DNA from: Candidatus Bathyarchaeia archaeon
GTDB lineage: Archaea; Thermoproteota; Bathyarchaeia; Bathyarchaeales; Bathyarchaeaceae
Length of the DNA: 64,000 nucleotides
Assembly (NCBI GenBank): GCA_035283685.1
Contig: DATETJ010000011.1
Span: 31,994-95,993, forward strand
Direction of reading: 5' to 3'
Shown: piece by piece, positions 47,237 through 56,815 of the stretch
How the letters are laid out: each line of letters begins with the position of its first letter
Numbering within the stretch: the first letter of the stretch is position 1
Translations under genes and position numbers: made by a program
The notes under the pieces: model-generated
Told to the model about the DNA's origin: nothing
Seen by the model: the letters and a program-made list of their open reading frames with translations, nothing else
The model's database searches: none

Positions 47237-48229
47237 TTGGAATTTTGGTCTAACAAGAACATACTTGTCACAGGCGGAGCTGGGTTCCTAGGATCGTTCA
47301 TAGTGGAGAAGTTGATAAGGGAGAGAAACGTGACTCCACAGCGGATTCGAGTGCCCCGAAGCAAGCACGTGGACTTGAGAAAATGGGAAAACTGCATGAA
47401 AGCAGTTGACGGTATGGATATTGTCATTCATTTAGCAGCTCGGGTAGGCGGCATCGGATTCAACAAGAAATACCCTGCCACCCTCTTCTTCGACAATGCA
47501 ATGATTGGGATTCAACTAATGGAGGCCGCTAGGCAAGCAGGAGTGAAGAAGTTTGTGGCGAACGGAACTGTGTGCGCATATCCAAAGTACACTCCAATTC
47601 CATTTCGAGAGGAAAACTTGTGGGGCGGCTATCCCGAAGAGACAAACGCCCCCTACGGAATTGCCAAAAAGATTCTGCTAGTTCAAGCTCAAGCTTACAG
47701 AGAACAATATGGCTTCAATGCTATCTATCTTTTGCCAGTCAACCTGTATGGACCCAAAGACAGTTTTGATCCTGAACGTTCCCACGTGATTCCAGCATTG
47801 ATAAAGAAGATGGTTGACGCAATAGGGCAAGGAAAAGAGGAAATAGTTGTCTGGGGAACGGGCAAGGCGTCCAGAGAGTTCCTATACGTGGAAGATGCAG
47901 CTGAGGGAATACTTCTAGCAACTGAGAAATACAACAAGCCCGATCCTGTGAATCTGGGTTCAGGCAAAGAAATCACAATTAAACAGCTTGTAAGTCTAAT
48001 AGCTGAGCTTACTGGCTACACTGGAAAGATTACGTGGGATACCTCAAAACCTGACGGACAACCGCGCAGGTCACTTGAAACAAGCAAAGCGAGAGAAGAA
48101 TTCGGATTTGAGGCAAAAACTGACTTCAAAGAAGGGCTTAGAAGAACAATTGAATGGTACAAAAGCATACACACGCATTCACCGTTCCCGCACGCTCATG
48201 ATGAGAGCATGATGAAAAAACACACCTGA
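47237..48229 (+). CDS. fcl: GDP-L-fucose synthase (GDP-4-keto-6-deoxymannose epimerase/reductase)
   Basis: ILVTGGAGFLGS, APYGIAKK and NLGSGKEITIKQL. It lies immediately downstream of gmd. Confidence 0.8.
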   Translation: MEFWSNKNILVTGGAGFLGSFIVEKLIRERNVTPQRIRVPRSKHVDLRKWENCMKAVDGMDIVIHLAARVGGIGFNKKYPATLFFDNAMIGIQLMEAARQAGVKKFVANGTVCAYPKYTPIPFREENLWGGYPEETNAPYGIAKKILLVQAQAYREQYGFNAIYLLPVNLYGPKDSFDPERSHVIPALIKKMVDAIGQGKEEIVVWGTGKASREFLYVEDAAEGILLATEKYNKPDPVNLGSGKEITIKQLVSLIAELTGYTGKITWDTSKPDGQPRRSLETSKAREEFGFEAKTDFKEGLRRTIEWYKSIHTHSPFPHAHDESMMKKHT

Positions 48230-48299
48230 CGAATGTGCGATCAAGTGGACTGATCAAGGAAACAATCAGATCTCAAGGGCAGAACGAGTACTCAATAAG

Positions 48300-48983
48300 C
48301 TACAATATCAATGGGTAGATTTCTTTTGTTACGTATTCTGTGTATTTGTTTTTGTCTGTTAGGTTGAAGACTGTGACTGATGCGTCTCTGGTTATGCCTA
48401 CAACGTAGCCGTATTCTCTAGCCCGTGCCACAATATACCATAGGTTGCCGTGTTTACTGTACTCATCAAACAACGACGTGCCCACCAAATCTGGGCCATA
48501 AAGCGACAACTTCTCCACATTCGGAATATCCACATTATCGAAGAACGTGATCTTCGTATCCTCAGGATTCCTAGTGTGAAAACCCTTAATCGTCTCAGGC
48601 GAAATCCGAGCCTGAACCACACCTCCCACCTTCTCAAAAACAATGTCACTAAGCTTATTAGCAATGAAGTTGGCAACCCGCTTCTTCTCAACCACGGTTA
48701 ACATTATCTGCTTCTTGAACTGACTGAAACTGAACATGGCTTCAACCGTTTTGGGCAACGGCACAACCTTACCCCTATGAAACACATGAAGCACAAAATC
48801 ATGAGAATAAACGCCCACAACATTGCCCTCCTTGGCTACGAGATTCATCACTTCAGTCACCAAAGTGAACTTGTAATCGCTCTCCACAAAATCCTCCTCC
48901 ACGCGGAAACCCTTCAACCTAGACGCAATGTCCGCCAACGACGCTGACTCAGCAACTTTGAACACTTTGCCAGCCACAACCAC
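48300..48983 (-). CDS. Hypothetical protein
   Basis: 227-aa ORF with non-repetitive, protein-like composition. No family recognised. Confidence 0.5.
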   Translation of the reverse strand: MVVAGKVFKVAESASLADIASRLKGFRVEEDFVESDYKFTLVTEVMNLVAKEGNVVGVYSHDFVLHVFHRGKVVPLPKTVEAMFSFSQFKKQIMLTVVEKKRVANFIANKLSDIVFEKVGGVVQARISPETIKGFHTRNPEDTKITFFDNVDIPNVEKLSLYGPDLVGTSLFDEYSKHGNLWYIVARAREYGYVVGITRDASVTVFNLTDKNKYTEYVTKEIYPLIL

Positions 48984-49080
48984 GACAAATCCCTCATGAA
49001 ACGCAGTTTCACACGCTCCTCACTCTACATCCCAAGATGCACATAAACCTTACACGCACTCACCACCCCACAACTCAGAC

Positions 49081-49338
49081 AAAGAAGTAGTAGTCAACAA
49101 ACACGCGGCGCAGACTACTACTTCTGAACACAGCCACCTCGGTATTATTACTGATTCTAAGCCGAAGTTAATAACATCTGAAAAAGAAACCGCCACAACA
49201 TGCCGGGCGTTGATGTCACTAGGAACAGTCTTACGACGATGTCCACACAGCCTTCAGCAGCTAAACGCACCCGCAACATGGTAGAAGAAGGCATAAGGGG
49301 CTTACCTCCTTCTTCTTCTGAAATTCGTTTTCCCGCAG
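49081..49338 (-). repeat. Copy C (longest) of the GT-rich structured repeat family, inverted relative to copies A and B
   Basis: The reverse complement aligns with 26274-26486. It contains a perfect 13-bp hairpin (49083-49095 pairs with 49113-49125) and the AGAAGAAGG/CCTTCTTCT hairpin. Confidence 0.8.
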
Positions 49339-49358
49339 AGCAACCTATCAACATACGC

Positions 49359-49402
49359 AAACGTCACGCTAACCAACATTAAACGTCACGCAAACCAACA
49401 TT
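49359..49402. repeat. Tandem 22-nt direct repeat (two units, one mismatch) plus a degenerate third unit
   Basis: AAACGTCACGCTAACCAACATT followed by AAACGTCACGCAAACCAACATT. It abuts copy C. Confidence 0.85.
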
Positions 49403-49625
49403 GAAAGCCACGCTAAAACACCAGCCAACAGCCCCAGACACACCAATCAGAACAAACAACAGAACCCAAAACACAAACAGAAAAGCCCAACTTTCACCAC
49501 AAAAAAAATTTTCTGCACCTATACTAACCCCAAGAACCCAGCCACAGCCCCTAATCGACAAATCTTATATGCACACATCAACAAAAACAGCTTCCCTCAA
49601 AACAAAAAAAAGGAATGAAAACAAC

Positions 49626-50840
49626 ATGATAGATTTCAGCTACACCGAAGAACAACAACTCTTCCGCAAAGCAGTCCACGAATGGAGCATGAAACACCTC
49701 AACCTCGAAGCAGTCAGAAAAATGGACAAAACCGGACAAATGCCACAAGGCCTAGTCAAAGAAATGGCCGACCTAGGCCTACTCATAATGACCGCGCCTG
49801 AGGAACACGGAGGCACAGGCGCCGACTGGATCACAACCTGCATCGCAGCCGAAGAACTAGGCTACGCAGACATAAGCTGCGCCATACCCGTATTCTGGCT
49901 AGTACAATCAAGCTGGGGCTACGTAGTCGACAAATACGCCTCAGAAGACGTTAGAAACGCAGTAATCAGACCCGCCATCAAAGGAGACGCATTCATAGGC
50001 ATAGCCACAACAGAATCCGGCGGAGGCTCAGACGTAGCCGGCTTCAAATCCGTAGCCAAAAAAGACGGCGACAACTGGATAATCAACGGCGAAAAAATGT
50101 ACATCAGCGGCACCGAAGAAGTCCAAAAACTCGGCGGCGGCTACTGGATAACCGCCCGAACCTCACCCGCACCACCAGGAGCACCACACAAAGGCTTAAC
50201 AGGATTCTACATACCAATCAACGCGCCCGGCGTAGAGGTCACCAAACGCTTCGACGACGTAGGCAGAATGGGCATCTCAACTGGTGGCTTCAGCATGAAA
50301 AACGTCAAAATCCCAGACACCTACCGACTGAGCAAAGAGGACGAAGGATTCTACCCCACAATGGAAGGATTCGACCTCGCACGAATACTCATCGGCGCCG
50401 TATGCGTAGGCGTCGCCCAGAGAGTTCTGGAAATCGGCATGGACTACATCAAACAACGCAAAGCATTCGGAAGCCCCATAGGCAAATTCGAAGGCATACA
50501 GTTCGAGTTAGCCGACGACTGGACCGAACTCGAAGCCAGCAGAGCACTGCTCTACCGCACAGCATGGATGATCAACGAACGATACAAAGGCAAAATGTCA
50601 CCACTCGAAGTAGTCAAATACATCTCAGCATGCAAACTGAAAATCCCACCGTTCGCAATGCACGCTGCGGAACACGCAATGGTTTGGATGGGAGCCTACG
50701 GCTACTCGCAGGAATGCCCCTTAGACATGGCGTGGCGCGGCGTAATGTCCTACGTCATCGGCGCAGAAGGAGCCTTGAATATTCAGCGCATAGTCATAGG
50801 CAGAGAACTACTCGGAAAAGAATTCATACCATACAAGTAG
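49626..50840 (+). CDS. Acyl-CoA dehydrogenase
   Basis: MIDFSYTEEQQLFRKAV, GIATTESGGGSDVAG and a C-terminal ..IGAEGALNIQRIVIGREL. I prefer ATG 49626. The 75-aa extension from 49401 is AC-rich low complexity. Confidence 0.85.
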   Translation: MIDFSYTEEQQLFRKAVHEWSMKHLNLEAVRKMDKTGQMPQGLVKEMADLGLLIMTAPEEHGGTGADWITTCIAAEELGYADISCAIPVFWLVQSSWGYVVDKYASEDVRNAVIRPAIKGDAFIGIATTESGGGSDVAGFKSVAKKDGDNWIINGEKMYISGTEEVQKLGGGYWITARTSPAPPGAPHKGLTGFYIPINAPGVEVTKRFDDVGRMGISTGGFSMKNVKIPDTYRLSKEDEGFYPTMEGFDLARILIGAVCVGVAQRVLEIGMDYIKQRKAFGSPIGKFEGIQFELADDWTELEASRALLYRTAWMINERYKGKMSPLEVVKYISACKLKIPPFAMHAAEHAMVWMGAYGYSQECPLDMAWRGVMSYVIGAEGALNIQRIVIGRELLGKEFIPYK

Positions 50841-50958
50841 GCTTTCTCACACCTTTCTTTTTTCTTGTCATCGCAGTCAGCTTAGACACTAGACTTAAGT
50901 GGAAAAATCACATTCACCTTTGTGAAAGGGAAAGCATCAAACCTAGGAGCAGACCGCG

Positions 50959-52302
50959 TTGCCAGTGGACACAGTTCTCTACAACGCCAAAATCCCTATG
51001 AACGGAGACTTGGTTGAAGCAGGCATAGCCATCGACCACGATCGAATAGTCAAAATAGCCAAGAAAACGAATCTGCCCAAAGCATCCAAAAGCATTGATC
51101 TGAAAGGAAAAGTTGCACTCCCGGGACTCATCGATTCACATGTTCATCTCAGAGATCAAGAGATGGCATACCGAGAAGATTTTACGACCGGAACAAGCGC
51201 GGCAGCCGCCGGCGGCGTCACCACAGTCATAGACATGCCAAACAACCGCCCAATAACAATGAGCCCCGAGACTTTGACCGCGAGGATGCAACTTGCCGAC
51301 ACTCGCATACTCGTAAACGTGGCTTTCAACTCAGCGTTTCCAACACAACCGTCAGAGATTCCCCAAATCGTGGAAACTGGAGCAGTAGGATTCAAACTAT
51401 ACATGCTCCAGCAAATAGGCGGAGTCAACATCGATGACGACGACACACTCCTCAACGCATTCAAAACAACACGCAGAGCTAAAACCCTAGTTGCGGTTCA
51501 CGCAGAAGACAAAACGATAATTGAGCAAGCCCAAAAGAAACTCAGAGAGCAAGGACGAAAAGATGTGGAAGCCTTTCTGCAAGCACACCCAACCGAGGCA
51601 GAGGAAAAGGCAACAAAAAGAGTCATAGAGCTATCTAAGAAATCAGACGCTCACGTGCACTTTTGCCACGTCAGCTCGCTGCTTGCCATGAAAGCTGTCA
51701 TAGGCGCCAAAAAACTCGGATACAACGCGACCTGTGAAGTCACGCCGCATCACCTCCTGCTAACTTCTAAGCATTTGCGAAAGTATGGAAGGCTCGCTGT
51801 TGAGATACCACCGTTGAGGCGAAACAGCGACGTGGCTTATCTCTGGCGGCAATTACACAAAGGTTTAGTAGACACTATCGCTTCGGATCACGCGCCTCAT
51901 TCGTTAGAGGAAAAAGAGGCAGAATCGGTTTGGGATGTGAAACCAGGCATCGCGGGCTTAGAAACCATGCTTCCGCTACTACTCACACAAGTAAACAGGA
52001 GACAACTGACTATACAGCAGCTTGTCCGCTTAACGTGCAGAAACCCAGCTGAGATATACCGCATCAAAGATCGAGGAACCTTAGCCGAGGGGTCATTTGC
52101 AGACATCATTGTCGTTGATCTCAAGAAAGAACATCACGTGGATGCATCAACTTTCCTTTCAAAAGCCAAGTTTTCGCCCTTCGATGGCTGGAAGGTTAAA
52201 GGAGCACCAGTAAAAACCTTTGTCAACGGGCAACTTGTCATGGACAAGGGTGAAATTGTGGCGAGACCAAGTTGCGGACAGGTCATTAGACGAGTAGTTT
52301 AA
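50959..52302 (+). CDS. pyrC: Dihydroorotase-like cyclic amidohydrolase
   Basis: LPGLIDSHVHLRD, VAVHAED, HFCHVSS and ASDHAPH. Allantoinase or hydantoinase cannot be excluded by eye. Confidence 0.7.
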   Translation: MPVDTVLYNAKIPMNGDLVEAGIAIDHDRIVKIAKKTNLPKASKSIDLKGKVALPGLIDSHVHLRDQEMAYREDFTTGTSAAAAGGVTTVIDMPNNRPITMSPETLTARMQLADTRILVNVAFNSAFPTQPSEIPQIVETGAVGFKLYMLQQIGGVNIDDDDTLLNAFKTTRRAKTLVAVHAEDKTIIEQAQKKLREQGRKDVEAFLQAHPTEAEEKATKRVIELSKKSDAHVHFCHVSSLLAMKAVIGAKKLGYNATCEVTPHHLLLTSKHLRKYGRLAVEIPPLRRNSDVAYLWRQLHKGLVDTIASDHAPHSLEEKEAESVWDVKPGIAGLETMLPLLLTQVNRRQLTIQQLVRLTCRNPAEIYRIKDRGTLAEGSFADIIVVDLKKEHHVDASTFLSKAKFSPFDGWKVKGAPVKTFVNGQLVMDKGEIVARPSCGQVIRRVV

Positions 52303-52303
52303 G

Positions 52304-52819
52304 ATGACTGAAGCAAAGCCGCATGACGAGAGACCCCTTCTGAAATTCGTGACAGATGGTATGTTGGGGAAGTTGACCCGTTGGCTTCGCATGCTCGGGC
52401 ATGACGTTGAATACGTCGGCTCTATAGATGACAAAGACCTAATGGCCAGGGCTAAGAAGGAAAGCCGAATTCTGCTAACACGCGATCTGGAGCTTTACAG
52501 ACAGGCAATAACGAAAGGTGCCGAAGCATTTCTCATAGAAAGCCCAAACCAGACTGCAAGCTTGGCCAGCCTAGCAAGAAGATTCGGATTCAAACTTGAA
52601 GTTGACGCAAAGGTTTCTCGCTGCCCCAAATGCAACGGTGAGTTGTGTGTCGTCTCCAAATCCAACATCGCAGTGAAGATTCCAGCTACGACTTCCTCAA
52701 ACTACGATGAGTTTTGGCAATGTCAGAACTGTGGACAAGTATTCTGGCGTGGCGCTCATTGGCAGAAAATAGAAAAAACTTTGGCTGAGGCTAAGAAGAC
52801 TCTGGCAACACTAACCTGA
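52304..52819 (+). CDS. Mut7-C (DUF82) PIN-like RNase domain protein with C-terminal zinc ribbon
   Basis: KFVTDGMLGKLTRWLRMLGHDV and CPKCNG..CQNCGQVFWRGAHW. Confidence 0.75.
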   Translation: MTEAKPHDERPLLKFVTDGMLGKLTRWLRMLGHDVEYVGSIDDKDLMARAKKESRILLTRDLELYRQAITKGAEAFLIESPNQTASLASLARRFGFKLEVDAKVSRCPKCNGELCVVSKSNIAVKIPATTSSNYDEFWQCQNCGQVFWRGAHWQKIEKTLAEAKKTLATLT

Positions 52820-53071
52820 CAGCCCGGGTTTCTGCCTCAAGTACAAGTAGAGCATCACCGACGCGAATGCAGGAATATAGAAGATGCAGATTTCCAAGAT
52901 AACATCGTTGAAAAATCGACCGACAAAAAATTGGATGAAGAACACGAAGGCTGCGGCGAGAACGACGATTATGGCGGCTGCACGCCAAGTCTTGAGTTCT
53001 TCTTTGCGTTGCAAGTTATTTCTTCTCAGAAAAAGGGAAAGTGCGTTATGCGGCTTTAGTGCAGCAACCAC
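52811..53071 (-). CDS. Small membrane protein, hypothetical
   Basis: 86-aa ORF with two hydrophobic helices, downstream of rpoK on the same strand. Confidence 0.3.
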   Translation of the reverse strand: MVAALKPHNALSLFLRRNNLQRKEELKTWRAAAIIVVLAAAFVFFIQFFVGRFFNDVILEICIFYIPAFASVMLYLYLRQKPGLSG

Positions 53072-53328
53072 TTGAGCGGAATGTCTTGGTGTGTTCCATC
53101 GGGCAAGGTTCGGCGAAGGGTTATTGGAAGGACGCCTGTTTCAAGCTCTTTGATCGCGATATCAATGGGGTTGGATGCACCTTGAGAAGGCACAACCAAG
53201 ACGGGAGCGCCCATAGCGATCTGGAGGGCTCTAGCTCCGACTATGCGAGCTCTCTCAAAGCGGGTTAGCTTAGGCGGGCCAACCCAGATTGCTTTGTCGT
53301 CGGTTGTGATGCTAGAACTCTCCAGCAC
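53056..53328 (-). CDS. rpoK: DNA-directed RNA polymerase subunit K (Rpo6)
   Basis: [25 protein letters not shown]. Confidence 0.85.
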   Translation of the reverse strand: MLESSSITTDDKAIWVGPPKLTRFERARIVGARALQIAMGAPVLVVPSQGASNPIDIAIKELETGVLPITLRRTLPDGTHQDIPLKWLLH

Positions 53329-54970
53329 CTTCAGCGCCCATGCCCATACCGCCCGGAGGTCCCTTTGGTGGCATTGGCGGCGTCTTCATCTTTCCAGATG
53401 CGATTATGTCGTCGATTTTCAGTATCATTGTGGCAGCTTCGGTTGCAGATTTGATTATCTGTTTCTTGACTGCTAAGGGTTCGAAGACTCCGACTTTCTC
53501 CATGTTCCGCGCCTTGCCTTCCAAAACGTCGACTCCAGCCCAGATTTCGCCTTTCTCATGTCGAGCCCGCAGCTCCGATATAATGTCAATCGGATCTAGT
53601 CCAGCGTTTTCTGAAAGCGTCAAGGGTATTGATTCCATTGCATCGGCATAAGATGTGACCGCAAGCTGCTCTCTTCCTGGCAATGTCTGCGCATAATCTC
53701 TCAGCGCTTTGGCAACTTCAAGTTCTGGAGAGCCTCCTCCAGCAACGACTTTAGGCTCTCGGACAACGTCTCGCGCTACGCATAGGGCGTCGTGTATGGA
53801 TCGTTCGGCTTCTGCTACGATTCTTTCGGTTCCGCCTCTTATGAGGATAGCCACTGACTTCGGATTCTTGCAGCCTTCAATGAATGTCATTTTGTCGTCG
53901 CCGATCTTGCGCTCTTCAACTACCTCAGCGTAACCTAGGTCTTTCTCAGTCATGTCATCTAAGTTGGTGATTACTTTCCCACCTGTTGCTTTCGCCAGCT
54001 TCTCCATGTCAGACTTCTTGACTCGTCTCACCGCCAGAATCCCCTTTCGAGCTAGGAAGTGCTGAACGAGGTCGTCGATGCCCTTCTGCGCAACGATGAC
54101 GTTTGCGCCTGTTTTGGCCACTTTTCCAACCATATCCTTTAGCATGGTCTCTTCTTGCTGTAGAAAAGCTTCCATTTGCTCTGGGCTTTCAATGTTGATT
54201 TTGGCGTCGAACTCGGTTTTCTCAATCTCCATTGCCGTGTCCAAAAGCGCGATTTTGGCTTTTTCGACGCGCTTGGGCATGCCTGGATGAACTACTTCCT
54301 TGTCTACAACTATGCCATTGATGAGTTTGGTTTCAGTCATGGATTCGCCGGGTTTTTTCTCAACCATTATGTCGTCGATGTCGACTTTGTAGTCCTTGTC
54401 GGCTTTCTCAGCGACGTGTAAGACTGCTTGTGAAGCGATGTCTGCCAGTTGTTCTTTGTGGTCGGCTACGAGTTTGCTTGCCATTGCTGTTACAGCTACT
54501 CTTTTCAACCATTGGCGGTCACTGGATTTGACGGGTATTGCTGTTTTTTCGAGAACCTCGAGGGCTTTTTCTGCTGCTTTTCGGTAGCCGTCTATGATGA
54601 CGGTTGGGTGAACGTTTTTGTCGATAAGATCTTCCGCCTTGCCCAATAGTTCGCCTGCGATGATTACGGCGCTGGTTGTGCCGTCGCCTACTTCATCGTC
54701 TTGTGTTTTGGCCACTTCTACCATCATTTTGGCTGCGGGATGCTGAATGTCCATCTCGCTTAGGATGGTTCTTCCGTCGCTGGTTATTGTGACGTCGCCG
54801 AAGCTGTCGACGAGCATTTTGTCCATGCCTTTGGGTCCTAGAGCGCTTTTTACTGATTCAGCCACGATTTTGGCTGCCATTATGTTGGCGTGTTGGGCTT
54901 CTCTGCCTCTGGAGCGTGATGCGCCTTCCCGTAGTATTAGAACGGGTGTTCCAGCTAGTTCTGATGACAA
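53312..54970 (-). CDS. ths: Thermosome subunit (group II chaperonin)
   Basis: [42 protein letters not shown] and a C-terminal GGMGMG tail. TTG start preceded by AAGGAGG. Confidence 0.95.
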   Translation of the reverse strand: MSSELAGTPVLILREGASRSRGREAQHANIMAAKIVAESVKSALGPKGMDKMLVDSFGDVTITSDGRTILSEMDIQHPAAKMMVEVAKTQDDEVGDGTTSAVIIAGELLGKAEDLIDKNVHPTVIIDGYRKAAEKALEVLEKTAIPVKSSDRQWLKRVAVTAMASKLVADHKEQLADIASQAVLHVAEKADKDYKVDIDDIMVEKKPGESMTETKLINGIVVDKEVVHPGMPKRVEKAKIALLDTAMEIEKTEFDAKINIESPEQMEAFLQQEETMLKDMVGKVAKTGANVIVAQKGIDDLVQHFLARKGILAVRRVKKSDMEKLAKATGGKVITNLDDMTEKDLGYAEVVEERKIGDDKMTFIEGCKNPKSVAILIRGGTERIVAEAERSIHDALCVARDVVREPKVVAGGGSPELEVAKALRDYAQTLPGREQLAVTSYADAMESIPLTLSENAGLDPIDIISELRARHEKGEIWAGVDVLEGKARNMEKVGVFEPLAVKKQIIKSATEAATMILKIDDIIASGKMKTPPMPPKGPPGGMGMGAEGAGEF

Positions 54971-55091
54971 TGTCTAATTAATCCTCCTTAAACTTTCGAA
55001 CAGTAGAAAACAACGTTCAGATATAAGTTTTTCTTTAGAATCATCGAGAAAAACGCTCAGGACTCCGTCGGGAACGATGCCCATGTGCATG

Positions 55092-55100
55092 TTTTAAATA
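55092..55100 (+). promoter_or_regulatory. TATA-box-like element upstream of the 55119 gene
   Basis: TTTTAAATA ends 19 nt before the GTG start, which would give a leaderless or near-leaderless transcript. Confidence 0.3.
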
Positions 55101-55118
55101 CTGTCTCTTTCAAATAGA

Positions 55119-55565
55119 GTGTCAGTGAGGAATGGAATATTGGCAAACTGCTCTAAATGTGGCGCGAAAGTCACTGAAGCGATGAGTTTCTGTCCGAACT
55201 GCGGGTCGCCTCTGAAGGCAGTGGCTCCACCGGCTCCAGCACCTGCTCCTGCGCCTGCTCCAGCTCCGCAGCCGAGGCGTGAGGAAAAGCAGGAGAAGCA
55301 CGAGAAGCGTGAGAAAGGGGAGAAAGGTGAAAAGTCTGAGAAGGGCGAGAAGGGTGAAAAACATGAGAAGCAGGCTTATGGACCCATTGTGCCAATTATT
55401 GGTGGCGCGATTCTCGTGGTTTTAGGCTTGTTGTTCTACATTAACATGACTACGACCATAACACCTGTGATTTGGGCTTATTTCTTTGTGATAATAGGCA
55501 TCGTTATCATTCTGGTAGCGATTTACGCAACGATGACGGCGTCGAGAAGGAATCCGCCGACCTAG
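55119..55565 (+). CDS. Zinc-ribbon membrane protein with Pro-Ala and Glu-Lys-Gly low-complexity linker
   Basis: CSKCGAKV..CPNCGSPL, (PA)n, EKxEKGEKGEKSEKGEKGEKHEK, then two TM helices. Confidence 0.6.
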   Translation: MSVRNGILANCSKCGAKVTEAMSFCPNCGSPLKAVAPPAPAPAPAPAPAPQPRREEKQEKHEKREKGEKGEKSEKGEKGEKHEKQAYGPIVPIIGGAILVVLGLLFYINMTTTITPVIWAYFFVIIGIVIILVAIYATMTASRRNPPT

Positions 55566-56677
55566 ATTAGCCAGCTCCACAGCAGTCTGTACAGTCTATG
55601 TTCGAGGAGAGTTAGGAAGGTTCGTCTTCCGAAGATGCGGAAGTAGTTTTTGCCCATTGATTCGATCATGTCGCCGATGTCGTATCGGGGAAACATGCAT
55701 GATGAGATTATGAGTTTGCCCCATTCGCCTCTTTTCAGTTCGTGAAGCATTTTTGTGCCCTTGCTGGTTTCGACTTCGAAGTAGTATTTGTCATAGTTGG
55801 GTGAAATGTAGGGTAAGTCGTCGAGTTGCTGTGCGAAGACGCCTTCGGTGGCGCTGTAGATTTCCACAATTGGCACTTCGCCGAAATACTTTCGGAGCAT
55901 TGGCGCGTAGCGGAACTGGATTTTTCTTACGCTGGTGCAGAATAGGGCGCGCAGGTTCCAGAGTTCGCGTGGCTTTTTTCCGTGTTTACGTTTGATGTAC
56001 CGTGCCCATGAGAGAATTACGGGTGTGACGCCCATAGTTGCTACGATGTTTTCGGGCGAAGCTTTTTGGTATACAAGTTCAAATCTTCGTTCCCAGTCGT
56101 GTTTGGTTATGCCGGGTCCAAGCGCGTCGATGTCTTCCTGTCTTGGGGTGAGGCTGGCTTGGTTGAGCATTGGGTTTAGTCGGGCGTAGGTTCCTGAGCT
56201 GTAGCCGTAGGAGACTGTTTGCCCCGCTGAGTCGATGGTTGCCACAGCTGATGGGAAGTTGAGATTCAAGATTTTGCCGGTTAGGATTGCGGTGTCGTTT
56301 TTTCTTATGGCGTAGTTGATGAAGGCTCTGGCTCCGCATGACAGGATGAGTTCGAGGTGAGTTTGGGTGGCTGGCAGCACTTTGGATCGTCCAGTTGAGC
56401 CTCTGGTCATGACCCAAGTTAAGGGTGGTTCCGGCAAGATTACGCGGTAGTCGGCGCTTCGAACGCTTTCCAGATATGGACTTAGTCCTTTGTAGTCGAT
56501 TGTTGGGAAGTGTTTTCTGAAGTCTTCCGTGCTTGATAGTTTGTCTGCGCCTCTGCTGATTCCATACTGCGTTGTCTCGTATCGTTTAAGTAAGTCTAAG
56601 AGTGTTTGTTGTTGTGATTCTGCTGGGTTTTTGAGTGATTCGTACCACGGCGTGACTATGCCCTTTAGAAATTCCAT
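55562..56677 (-). CDS. GH3-family-like adenylate-forming enzyme (short form)
   Basis: N-terminal QQQTLLDLLKRYETTQYG and TRGSTGRSKVLP resemble GH3 acyl-acid amido synthetases. I recall typical family members being longer than 371 aa. Confidence 0.5.
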   Translation of the reverse strand: MEFLKGIVTPWYESLKNPAESQQQTLLDLLKRYETTQYGISRGADKLSSTEDFRKHFPTIDYKGLSPYLESVRSADYRVILPEPPLTWVMTRGSTGRSKVLPATQTHLELILSCGARAFINYAIRKNDTAILTGKILNLNFPSAVATIDSAGQTVSYGYSSGTYARLNPMLNQASLTPRQEDIDALGPGITKHDWERRFELVYQKASPENIVATMGVTPVILSWARYIKRKHGKKPRELWNLRALFCTSVRKIQFRYAPMLRKYFGEVPIVEIYSATEGVFAQQLDDLPYISPNYDKYYFEVETSKGTKMLHELKRGEWGKLIISSCMFPRYDIGDMIESMGKNYFRIFGRRTFLTLLEHRLYRLLWSWLI

Positions 56678-56815
56678 GTTCGTTTTTTCCTGAGGCGCGT
56701 TGACAATCCATCATATGGCTTGTTGTTTGGTTTTATAGGTTTCTGGTTCAGGTTTTGGGAAAGATTTATGAACGGTTGTTTGAATGCTTAGAGTCTACGT
56801 TCAGAGGAATCGAGC

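Noticed and set aside
49401-49625. 75-aa N-terminal extension of the acyl-CoA dehydrogenase ORF (TTG start at 49401)
   Set aside because: The translation is low-complexity (T/P/N/K/Q-rich) because the DNA is an AC-skewed spacer that overlaps the iteron and repeat region. The ACAD family N-terminus MIDFSYTEEQ starts at ATG 49626.
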